Below are positions 37,721-50,116 of a stretch of DNA of 64,000 nt, in pieces. The position numbers and the translations under genes are program-made. How positions within the stretch are numbered: position 1 is the stretch's first letter; every line of letters starts with the position of its first letter. The stretch comes from Thalia democratica (Eukaryota): contig OZ241831.1 in assembly GCA_965202585.1 (NCBI GenBank), positions 42,036,001 through 42,100,000 on the forward strand. Direction: 5' to 3'. The notes under the pieces were generated by a model. The model did not search any database and had not been told where the DNA came from. It worked only from the letters and a program-made list of their open reading frames with translations.

Positions 37721-39854
37721 TGTACAAAAATATTAAGTAAAACGTTTTACTTATTTTTTGGAGCAAAATTTCTTATTAAACTCCAATTTAGATAAAATCC
37801 ATTTTCCTCGCTTTATTGCTCTCTGCCGCAAATGAACTCAAAAAAGAAAAATCTCTTTAAATTCAGCCGCAAAATCAATATCAAGCGGTAAGTAAGATAG
37901 GTTGAAAATTCCTTAAATCAGTACAGGCTTAAGTTTCATTCCACAAACTATTGTAAACAGAAACTGAAAAACAAAGCTATGCTACTGCAAAAAATTACAG
38001 TTAAGTTTATGTAAATAAAATGCAGTATTTAATAAAAATAAACAGAGCACAAAAAAAGGAACCATACTTATTTTTAATTAATTATAATATAAAAACAGAT
38101 AAAAATGACGTTAAAAGGTACCCGTATTGTGCGACTCGATAACCGGAAGGCTTTTCGTGCACTAGGTTCTAGGACCAAAAACCTTCAGCGTACGTTTTGT
38201 CGTTCAATAAACTATCCATATAACTATATATGTAGAAAACAAGGTGATTATTTAAATTTAATCACTTTCTACAGAACCCACTTGAAGGGCTTTTAAAAAA
38301 TTATTTAAAAATGCGATTTTAAAAATTCCACAGAACATATGTTCCATTAAGACAAAAAAGGTTTGTCTTTAATCTTCAGCTGGTTCAAGGTAAAATAAAA
38401 AGCACTTTAATAATCAAAAATGCAAAATTTGTACAAAATTATTAATAATCAATATTTTGAATGTACTTAATTTAAACTTTATTTTAAGGTACTTAACGAA
38501 TTTAATTTGGCCAAAAAAAGCCGTTTTAATAAAAATATGAAGCTTTCAAAATTAGTATTGAAATTATTTGAAAAATTTTATTATTTGTGGTCGTAAAACT
38601 TTTCTTAAACTTAACTTGAGACTCGTTTCGAAAGCTTTACAAAAAGCTTAAAGTTGCAAACTACAACGTTTTTTTTGAATCGAAAACTTATTGCGGAAAT
38701 AAATCAACTTTATTAGAAAAAACTTTTAATTTCTCACCATTATTTCGATTAAAGTATGTTATCTTTTATCGTAATATGTTTATCAAAACTGACAAAAAAT
38801 TATTTAGAATTAACATTTGTGTATGAATTCTCTTTTTTAAACACAAAAACAAGCATTGTTATTAAAGCTTTAAAAAATTTGTAAAATAAAACTTTTAGGA
38901 ATTTTGCTACTAGAAGGTTGAATGTTCTTTTTCGCCGGGTCATCATTTGTAGTCCCCGGCCTGTGGTAGGAACTACATTTAATTAAGGTAAGTCCACTTT
39001 TTTGTGCTTTTAAGAGCTAAACGCTTTGAGACCATCTTTGATCTTATTTGGGGTGCATGATCTTTTCAGGTGACGCAGAAAAAAATTATTTTCATTAATA
39101 GTTAGAATAGTTTGTTATTTTGAAGCGATAAAGTTTAATACTAAAGCTAATTAAAGCCCTGTTAACTTTGTCTTTTTTATTTGACCGGTTTGTTTAAAAA
39201 CGACCATTTTTGTACATTTTTTATACCTTTATAATACTTTCAATGTAAATATATTATTAATGAAAAACATCTACTCCTGTCCAAGCTTCCTCAAGTTGTT
39301 TATAAAAATCTCAAAGACTCACATATATAATAGTATTAAGTTTATTTTTAACTTTATTAAAAATTTTTTAAACTTTTATGCTGACATATTAATTCCCAGT
39401 ATTTTGTTATAATTAAATATATTGTATTTAACTGGTAAATCAATACTATCTTATTTTAAAAAATAATCTTAATATGAAGAGTTCAAACAACTATACACTT
39501 AATAAGTTTAAAGTTAAAAAAAGCTACAAACACTATTAGTGTTTTGTAGACTCGTGTTTCTTAGGATAACCCAGTCTAGTTACAAGACTTTAGGATTATA
39601 TACATTTAGTATACACAGAATTGATCAGAACTTATTGGAAACATCAGAATGACTTAGGCCAATTTGATTGTTCTAACTCAGGAAAGTTATACGTTTATTT
39701 AATTTCTCAGTTATTTTCATATTAGATCTTATTCATCCATAAGATAGTTAATCCAATTTTAGCTCTTTGATAATGTATAAGCAATATTTTTTAAAGATTT
39801 ATTTTTGTTTTTAAAAGTTTTGTTTAATTGTCGAGTTAAATTATTTGTTAAATC

Positions 39855-40229
39855 CAGGGTGGCAAAAAAAAATTGAAACTAAGAATTTAACAATTTAAAC
39901 TTAAATACTTGGTGTTTGATAAATTTAGAAAAAACTTTGAATTTTGAACAGAAATCACAAAAACCAAGAACTTTAAATAATTTTATTTTAAAAATAATGG
40001 AACTTCAATTTGAAACAAAAATCTACCATATGCATATATATTTTTTGTTATGTTTATTTAACTTGAAGAAGCTTTACAGTATTTTTTAAATGTTGTTATA
40101 CTGTTAAAGACAGGTACTTACCTTAAACTTAAATTTATATTAAAAGTAGACAAAAATCATTCACTTCTAAAAATATGGAAAAAATCAGAAAACCTTAAAA
40201 AAAGATTTCTAAGACCGTTGGCAACCCTT
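39855..40229. mobile_element. Degenerate MITE with CAGGGTTGCCAA-type ends
   Basis: cagggtggcaa ... gttggcaaccct. No recognisable TSD. Confidence 0.4.
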
Positions 40230-43200
40230 TACATTATTAAAGATGCTTTTAAAGGTTTTTAAAAAACTCAAGATGACTTAAGACAATTCTAGGTTAATCA
40301 CAAATTTTTCCTTGAGTCAAAAATTTTATATTTCAATCCTAATTTATATCCGAAGTTTTTCAAAAACTTAAGTCAACTCAGGCTAGTTTAGAAAAATTAA
40401 ACTTATTAGGCTAGTTTCTGTTTAGTTAGACTGTTTAAGATATATTATTCAAGTTTCTTCCTTTTTTTTAATTCAATGCCTTTCGTATTAATTCTCTATT
40501 GAAATAGCAAAAGATTACCAAATAATATTTTCACAAACTTTGTTATTTACCCTAATTGGTACACATCTGTTTCAAAAATTAATGAAAGTTCTTTATGTGA
40601 GCTAAACGCCATTCAAAACAGTATGACAAACGGGATATCTGCTAATTATAACCCTTCTATGGAAGTTTTGATGTAGTATCTGATACAGGTCACTTCCACA
40701 AACAATTTAATATACAACTTTATATTTTGATATCAAGGTTTACTTTAATATAAAGTGTACTTAAGAATTATGCACACTTAGGTTTCTCAGGATAACTCAG
40801 GCTAGTTTTAAACTTTTGAAAACTAAGGCTATTTTTAACTTTTTACAAAATTTCAGTCTGACTTAGACTAGTCTTGATTTTTTTTGTTGTAAAAATTTGA
40901 CTTTTTTTAAATATCTTTTTGTGGTTTAATAGTTTTAGTTTTTTTGTTACTATTTATAGTTTTTAAGGATTAAAAAACTTCTTGATAGATTTGACTCAAA
41001 TAAGTTATATTTTATTAATTTATATATAAGTAAAAGCCATCTAAAGGCTAGCTTAATGTAACTCAGTATAGTTTTTAGATACCCAGCTTAGACTTTTCTT
41101 TTTAAAGATTGGCATCCTACAGTTTTATCTAGTTTGTAATAATAAATGTCAAGTAACAATTTCATAGTTCAACAAAAGATTTTATTTCTTCTAAAAAACA
41201 AAAATATTTACGCTAAGAAGATATTAGTAAACGTTAAATACGATGCTTCTAAAGTTTCAGTTAAATGATAAAATTTAAGTAAGAATTCATTTTAGTATAA
41301 TTATAGTTAAAAGCTTAACTCGATAGTTACAGGTATAGTTAAGTGTTTGCTGTAAGTTGCTAAATATAATTCAATGTTTTTTTCATATCTTATCTGTAAC
41401 ATATCATACTTATAACACTGTAACATAGTAATGTACTCACTTAATGTTTGACTACAATTTATTTTCTTCTAAAAGAAGTCAAAACTTTTTACTACTTGTT
41501 AAGTTCCTTTAATTCAAATTCAATATAACATGAAAACAAAAAGAAAAAAAAAAGCTTATTTTTTTTTACAGTAATGCCACACACTAAGTATAGTTTAATT
41601 TTTCTGAGTAGTGTTAAGGTTGATTTAAATTTGTCTAAAGTTTTTTTGCACAATTCAAGCTTGAAAATTCATCCCAGATAATTTTTCCGAGTTCAAAACA
41701 TTTTTATTCTCAAAAAGTATGTTACAAACCCTTTTTTATTCTTTTTCCTTTTACAATGATAGTTTTAGTTATAGGTAATTTGTTTAAGTATACACTTTTC
41801 AGTTTTAAGCTTTTGATTTAAAACAATAATTTCAGAATGACTCAGAGTACTATTAAGTGACCGAAAATTGACTTGCTTTACTTCTGTTATATCTCTGTTG
41901 TTTAATTGTAATATCTCTTTTGATATTCAGTTTTTAATTTTTTCAATCAATTTTATTCATCATTGCCACACAATTAAGCTAACTTATAATAATTTGAAGT
42001 TTTTGAGGTGTTGTTTAATATTTATACTAATAACTTAATAAAAACTTTTGTAAAAGTTCAGGATTCTTAAAACATTTTCTTAAATTTCAAGTTAGTTTTT
42101 TGATTTAACCAACTTTTTTGTGTAAAAAAGAAGGTTTTAGTTTTCTTAAGTTTTATTAGTTCGCTGCAAGAACGTAATTAGCTTAAAAAAGTTACGAATC
42201 TGCAAAAACTAAAGCATTTGAAATAACACGTCCAAGCGAGAACACAGCAATTAAAACTACCTCTAATATTATTGAATTTAATTTTAAAATAGGCAGTTTT
42301 GTTAATACATCAAAAGTTGAAAGTTGAAATACGAGTAATAACTGTATACAAGGCAATTTATTTTGCTCCACACCCTATATGACTCTTTATGTCATGCCAC
42401 TAGTGTAAGCCCAGAAAACACATTCATTACAAATAAGTATAAAAATATCACAATTTAACTCAAAAACATTAATGTTGTTTTCATTCAAACATTTAAACGT
42501 ATAAAATAAAACATATATTGTAGTCAATAGTAACAACAAGTTATTGTAACATAAAATTGTATGATTTTGATTTTTGAAGCTACAGCTTCCATTAGATTCA
42601 ATTTTGCATTGTAGCTTTTTGACAAAACAAAGCTTAAACGCGCTAAATGTTACAATTTGGATGTATTTAATTCGTTCAATTTTTTTACGACACAACAGAT
42701 GCTAAAGAGTACATAAATTTCAAAATTATTTCTCAGCAGTGCATAACTAAGCATAAATGAATAGTATAAGCTAAGAAAGCAGAGCCTTTACAAGCCCGAA
42801 ATAAAAGCAAGTTTTTTCGCACATAAGTATACGTTTCTGTAGATTTGCAGAAACGTACCAAGCCATGTCCCTGGTTCGCTTCAATAAAACTATATTAGTT
42901 CCTCTGTTACTCTCGATATATATTTATTTTTGATCTTACAACTGTTACAAAATATTATTTTGTGCTGAAAGAATATTAACTCTGCTATAAGTAATTTTTT
43001 TTAAGTTTAAGTTGCAAAATGGTTTAATGATTTATTTGAATTTTGTCATACGAAAAAAAATATGTGTTTTGTTTAGTGGTACAACACAAAATAATATATT
43101 AGATTTTTAAAATAAGTAAGAAAAAGATCTCTAACTTAAATTCAATACTACTTTTTTATTACTAGAAAAAATTAAAAAAAAGAAAAAAATAGTAGTTTTT

Positions 43201-43599
43201 CTACATTAGCTTCATGAAAGACAAAACAACTTTTATTCATGGAGTTCATTATCACGATTTTCAATGGTTTAATTTTTTTGAGTTTATTAATGGTTGAAAT
43301 TCTTTTTCTATTTCTTTTTTTATACTTTTGTATTTTACTTTATTAATATGTCAAGTATTTTTTAAATCATATACAGGATGATTTTTTTACCGTTTTTCTA
43401 AAAGTTAAGTCTAGTTTATAGTATTTTATATTTTTTATAGAAAGAATTAGATTTTGTTTGTAAATAAAATATTTTAATTAGTATCAAAACAGATGTATAA
43501 GATTTAAATTATCATTTATATTTGGTCTAAAAATAAACGGAATCATTGAACTAACTTAACTAACTATTTTGTAGAAATTTTTAAAAACATAATAAAAAC

Positions 43600-44470
43600 A
43601 CTCCTGATAAGTTTTCTAGATAAGAAAAGTTGCGGACTAGAAAGACTTTGAAGTTCTCATTTTTCTAAGATAGATGTTTTCACCACGTGTCCAAGTAAAC
43701 AATCTTGAGCTTCGTTGTATGATAAAAAATTACTTTACCAAATGGTGTGAGACTAGCATTGATAGAACCATATCGATATCTCTATCAATACAACTGAAGT
43801 CTTTTACACTTGCCAGGATATTTTCTTTGTTGCATTATTTTGAGTTTTTTATCATAAGATAAATGTTCTACTGGTATTAGTTGAAACAATTTTTTTCTAT
43901 TTTCAGTTTGTTTATTCGACATAACTCATCTATTAGGCTTTTTATAACGTCTAATACAACTAAGTTTAGAACTTTTGTAACATCTTAGTTAGAGTTTCTA
44001 GCCTTCTCATTATCTTTCAAATTTCATATCCTGTGTTTCAAGATTGTTTTTGTAATTCCTAAATTTTGTAAACATTCATAAACAGTATCTTTTCATATTT
44101 TACAGTTTCATTAGCATTGATTAACAATCTACTTTTTTTCTTTCATTGATTATTCAAAAATTCTGTTTATATTCTCTTTTTCTGCTATAACCTCTTTAAC
44201 TTTTTGTCAGATTCAATTGAACTTTATTTTCTAATTGATAAATTATCTTTTTTTAAGTTGAGAGTTTTCTATCATTTCATGCATTTCTTCAACATGTATT
44301 TTATATTTAAGTTCGGTATTCATCTCTACCTTTATTTCATTTATGAATTATTTTAACACCTTTTCTAGGGATTCGATAATAGTTGCTATTTTAAATTGTT
44401 TATATAGATTTTTTTAAATAAATTGTTGATGTTGGAAATCAGGTTTGACATAACAACATTTTGAAATTCA
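43600..44470 (-). pseudogene. Probable degraded LINE (ORF1 coiled-coil to endonuclease start)
   Basis: The minus strand gives a broken E/K-rich coiled-coil-like reading, followed by KLKIVYLDTW, which resembles the I-x-x-L-x-E-T-W motif of LINE endonucleases. Confidence 0.35.
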
Positions 44471-44791
44471 TAGTTTTCTTAAGCTAAAGTATTAAATTCT
44501 AGTTTTATTTTATCTGTATCTGAGATAAATTATAATGTTAGATTAGTTTAAGATTTTTGAATTTTCAAATCTATTATATTTTTTGGTTATCTATAAATTT
44601 TAATTTTATAACTTATTGGTTGTGTTAAATTTATATAAAATAGGTTGAAGAACCATTTGAAATTTTCAAGGTTAATATAAAGTTATAATAAATATTTCGG
44701 ATATAAAACATAGTAAAACAATATAAGTTTCTTAAACCATCTTGTCCAACATCTTTATAGTTATTTATATCTTAATTTTCAAAACTATACA

Positions 44792-45251
44792 ATGCGAGTA
44801 AAAACAAGTTCCAATAAGCAAACAGGAATAAAAAGCTACAAAAAGCAGACAGCAAGGAAGGCCGTTATAAGAAGTGTTCAAATCAGGAATACGTTGAAAA
44901 AATTTGCACCACTCAGCATTAAAATACGATCGTCAAGCAAGCAAAAATGGAAGAAAATTGCTTGGGAGGGAAAATTCGAAGTTAAAAGGACATTCAAGGA
45001 AGGGCCTGACGACGTTTTTGATCCTTACTATCATTTCAATACAGAGAAGCATCATGTTTGGACGAACCACCTCGTGATTAGAAGCGATACTTATTTGGAT
45101 GAGATGAAACATGTAGCTTCTTTTATTGAACTGGATAGTTTGAAAAAGTTCAATCATGACTGCCTCGACGATCCTGAAAAACATTTTTATGTGGACAGTT
45201 TTAGTGGTAATATGGGCCGTGGACTGTTCGCCAAGCATGCTATACCAGCAA
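44792..45251 (+). CDS. SET-domain lysine methyltransferase, exon 1 (basic N-terminus with H3-like KQTARK; SET motif I)
   Basis: Open from ATG at 44792. Encodes KSYKKQTARKA and MGRGLFAKHAIPA. Donor A|GTTAGT at 45252, phase 1. Confidence 0.88.
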
Positions 45252-45381
45252 GTTAGTTTCAGATTTTTAGTTTTGTTTTTCATTTTACAACCTTTTTACG
45301 TCATAGTTTAAGTTTTGACTAGAAAATTCTTTTTGTAAACTATTAGCTTGGATATTAAACTTAGTAATTGCTGATTTTCAG

Positions 45382-45749
45382 ACTCAATAATAGGAGAGTA
45401 TACAGGCGAGCTTATTTCAAAAGAAAAAAAGACTAAAAGATGGCATCAGAATAAAGGGGCTACCAACTACTATTTCAGCACATGCACGAATTTTGATATT
45501 GACGCGGGCGCAATGGGCAACCATACCAGGTTCATTAACCACGATTGCGAAGAAAAATTAAATTGCAGGACAGAGTACGCTCTGATCAATGGAATTCCTA
45601 GGAACTTTATCATCAGCAAAAAAGCTATCAGAGCTAGTGAGCAACTCTTCATTTGGTACGGAGAAGGGTATTTTCGTGATTTTGATTGTGCGTGTAATTC
45701 AAAAAACTGCTTATCGAGAAACACTTCACTAGAGACCGAAAAAAATTAA
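45382..45749 (+). CDS. SET-domain lysine methyltransferase, exon 2 (catalytic core plus post-SET)
   Basis: Acceptor ctgattttcag|. The spliced frame is continuous (828 nt, 275 aa): NSIIGEYTGELI...IDAGAMGNHTRFINHDC...EQLFIWYGEGYF...CACNSKNC. AATAAA at 45765. Confidence 0.9.
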
Positions 45750-47025
45750 GCGTACAAATTATAAAATAAACATAACATAATTATTTATACTGCTACTATA
45801 TAAATTTTTTGTAATACATATACTAAAAAGAAGTTTGAAACTGATTTGATCAAAAACGTTTCATTTAAACAATCAAGTAAAATCGATTTCAGCTGACAGT
45901 TTTCAACTTCTTTTATTAGCAACTATTTAAAAAAATTGAGTAAATAAGAGTTAAAGGTTTCATCACAAAATATTCAATAAATATCAATTAGCATAGTTAA
46001 GTAAATTTAATAAGAGATAGATCAACAGTTTATAATTACATATTTATAAATTGATTAATTAGTAATTTAACTAAGATAAGCAAACGTATATATATAAAAG
46101 CAAACAATTTATATAAAAAAATAAGTGATAAAAACCAAATATAACAACAAGTAGTTGATAAGTTTTAGGTGAAATTTATTTTATTTTTTGTTTAAATAAA
46201 AATATTTTTTTAACGAATCATGTCTCTAATTTGTGTTTAATAGTTGTTATTATTTAAAAAGTACTTTAATTATTTTTTTTTATGATTGATTTCTAAGGTT
46301 TTTTATAAAATTAATTATTAAGAAACAAACTACAGAGAAAATTTTTCGTACATTTAGTTCTACAAAATAAGCAACTAGCAATAATTTTTATGAATTATTT
46401 TGAGACATAATAGAAATAACTTTCAAGTAAAACTAAAAAGTTTATAGTTTAGAAAAATAAAATCATTAACTTGTTAAAATTAAACACAATGTCTTAAATA
46501 ATCGGTGCAAAAAAAATTAGTTGAATTTGTAACACGTTTTTACAAAAAAAAAAAAACAAAAAAAAACCATAACAATTATAAAATGTGAAATAAATAAAAC
46601 AAAGTTTTTATATCCAGTTATAGCTGTTTTACATTTTGTAAAAACAGATCTTTATATTAAAAATTCATGTTTTTACCAACAGTATGTATCCAGAATTACT
46701 TTTGAAATAAAATTCAATTAACTTTTGCACAGTTATGTTTAGGAAGACTTCTTTCATGTTGGTGACTAAACTGTATAAAAACAAAATTTAAAAGTTGAAT
46801 GACCTCTACAACATGTAAATTGACTTTAGATTATGTTTAAAATATTTTCAAAGTTTAGTTAGTTAGTAGCCATTTTTTAGGTAGAACTTTCTGCTATTAA
46901 CTGTTACAAAGATACAGCTCATCTTAATAACAAAAATAGATCAAACATTTTCTATCACCAGGCCAATTTCTTTGATCTTCTAACAAATATTGGTGGTTGA
47001 CAACTACAAACCGTTGTTCTGAGTG

Positions 47026-47100
47026 ACGTACGGCCCGCGAGTGAAAGTGACCGGCCAGCTTAACGATTTCAAAATTAATACGTAATCCGGCCCGCTGAAG
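47026..47100 (+). mobile_element. Isolated degenerate end of the hAT family at 1646/10023
   Basis: acgtacggcccgcgagtgaaagtgaccggcc...aatccggcccgct matches the end of copy B at 10035-10170. Confidence 0.65.
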
Positions 47101-49713
47101 ATAATATTACAAAATTTGCATGAAGCCTGTAACATGGTTTCGACTAAACAAGACAATAAGAGTTTGCCCTTGAAAACAGACAAAATATAGGTCCTATTAT
47201 GACCAACATTAGAAGCCCTTAATATAATTAGTAAATTTAAACTATCAAAAACAAAAACTTTATATTTAGTTGTATTTTTAATAGTAAAATTATAACTATA
47301 AGTGCAAAAAAAAACATAATTTTTTATACTCTTTTATAAACTTTATCTTTAACAAACCAACATGTTTAAAATTTTTTCGTTGTTTATAATTTTTAAACGA
47401 TTGAACTTTTAATTAAAAACTGCTTCTAGATTGTTAGTACAACATGAAAATTATTTTCATGTGAGTAGAACACAAGTTTACTAATTCAAGAATTTTTTGA
47501 TAGAATAATGATTCACTCAGCTACCAGTAAAAAATTATATTTTGTTTTGGTTACATAATAAATATAAACTGAATGAAAGCACATTAAAAAAACTAAGCAT
47601 AAGTTTACAAAAAAATTAACAGTATAAGTTTGTTTATTAAGCTGATTCACTTTTGATAAAACAAAATTTTAAAAATATTAATTTTTTTAGTATATTAAAT
47701 AGCATTTTTATAGTTTGATAGAAAAAATGTCATGCAAACTTTTACTTATATCAGCAACATTACTCTAGAAAATAGATTATCATCAAAACATATTACATAC
47801 TGTACGCTTTTCAACATAATATTTCTGTTATGTTACCTTTACCATAACATCATCTTCGATTTATTGGTTTTTCTGACAGATTGCTGTTCTTTGCTAGTGA
47901 ACTTGGCTGGTTAAACTTAAAATGAAACTCGCAATTTTTTTTGTGCACAAAATTTTTCAAAATTGCTTTTTCAATATGCTAATAGTTATATCAATACAAT
48001 AGCATTGCGACACACAATTTAAAGAGATTAGTGTTACAACATATTTTATTCGTCGGTTTACGTTACTATTCAAGTAAGATTAAAGGCAAATTTAACTTTA
48101 ATTAAATATTGTATTTATATATTAATACACAAAAGTATAATAAGTAACAAATGCACTTATGTTACTAAAAGCTTTGCATTGCCCGATTTTTATGTAAATT
48201 AGGTTCTAAATGTTTCTTGCAATAAAAAAATTAAAGTCTTACTTACAGATTAAATAAACAATTTTCTATTATTTAAAGGCATCATCTGACCATATAAAAA
48301 AAAAACTTATCTCTATATTGTACATTACTTTGTTCCATACTTATAACTTTAAGTAATTTATAAGTAATAATTAAGAAAAACAATACTTAAAAATGTTAAA
48401 CAAATGTATCTAGTAACTAATTAATTTATAATATGATACTAATAACTATATACAAAAAACAGGCACAAAATACAGTTTTAGTTTTACTTTTAATTACCCT
48501 TTGAAACTTTTAGTTTTACCTGCATTAAGAACGATTTAAAAAATTTAAGTGGACAAAAAAAAGTTATTTAAGTTCGTTATCACTTAAAATATTAAACTAT
48601 AAAAATTTTTTAGTTTTTAAACATATAAGATAAGTATTCAGTATTCTAAACTTATAATGTAACAAAAAAATTATCATGATTCTATATATTTTTACTAATA
48701 ATGTTTTGCTTATTTTTTTAAATAAAAGTATACAATTTAGCTTACTTTAAAACTTCTTAGAAAGACGAACAAGTAGAAATATTATTCACAACAATAGATG
48801 TCGGTTAAAAGTTAGTGTCATTCGTAAAGTTTGAGATATTTGATTTTATTAAACTGCTTTTTTTGTCATATTTTTGTACTAAAACATTTTTTGTCATTTA
48901 AATAACTTTACATCACAGAAAGCATTGAATTTGCTGTTTCTGTTCATAGATTCTTTGATTTTTTAAGAAAAAATGAGCATACATACTTATAGTTTTAATA
49001 ACAAGTAATATTATTTTTATAAAACTTAAGTACACATAACAAATCTTTTTAACTAGTCTAAGTTTTAGTTTGATATAGTAAAACCATTTAAAAAAGCTTA
49101 GGTTACTTACATTCTTATTTTGAACTACCTGCTGAAACTAAATAAATTACTTATTCCTTTTTAAAGCAATGATAGTTTAAAAACTCTACCTCTAACTATT
49201 AACAAAAATAAAACGTCGCAAATATTTTAAATCAAGAAAATAGAAATTAATTAATTGCTTGTTAATAGAGCAACAGATGAAAACTAGGCAAAAAATATAG
49301 TTTTAGTTATCATTTACTAGATGTTTTTAAATGTTAGTTCTACTTATATTTAAAATGTTTTAAAAACTCATATGATTTATAATAACTATCTTTATTATAC
49401 AATATAAAAGTTAAACAAAATTTTAAACAAACTGGTAAACTTTTGTTTTTAGACAATATCTAAAAAATGCAATTACTGTTTGATCTTATTATGCATTTAG
49501 ATTTAATACTGAGAAATTTATTTTGCACTCTGAACACTTATTTAGTCAATTAATCGTATAAAACATTGGATTTTTTTCAAATTTTTTTAACCATAACAAT
49601 TAATTTTTTAAACCACGTGTACACGTGTCTTGAAAATACTTACTTATTTGTTATCTTTAGTACGGTTGAAGTAGTCAAAACTACTTATATAATCTAAAAT
49701 GTTTACAAAAACT

Positions 49714-50116
49714 GGATGCACGACTATTCAAATTCGGACAATTTTAATTCCGACAGTTCAACTTCCTAATAAAAGATTGAAACGGCTAAAAATAAAAAAG
49801 TAATGTACATCTGTCTAAAATAAAAATTGCTTTTGTAAATCAAATTAATATCTACAGGCCATTTTTTATTCTTGCAAGAAAAAAATAAAATTTTTTTGAT
49901 ATTTGGGTTTATTACAGTAAAAATTTTAGTAATTTTAAAATATCCTAAAAAATACTTTAGAATTGACAAAAAAAGTAGCTTGTAGATATTAATAAGATCT
50001 ACATACACATTTTTTTAATTTTTTCAAATATATATTACTTTTTGAGATATAATCTTTTAAATATTTTTTTTAATTGTCGGAATTTGAGTTGTCCGAATTT
50101 GCATTGTCATGTAACC
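49714..50116. mobile_element. Mutator/MULE-like MITE (403 bp)
   Basis: ~45-bp imperfect TIRs starting with GG and sharing CAAATTCGGACAA...AATTCCGACA. Perfect 9-bp TSD acaaaaact/acaaaaact. Confidence 0.85.
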
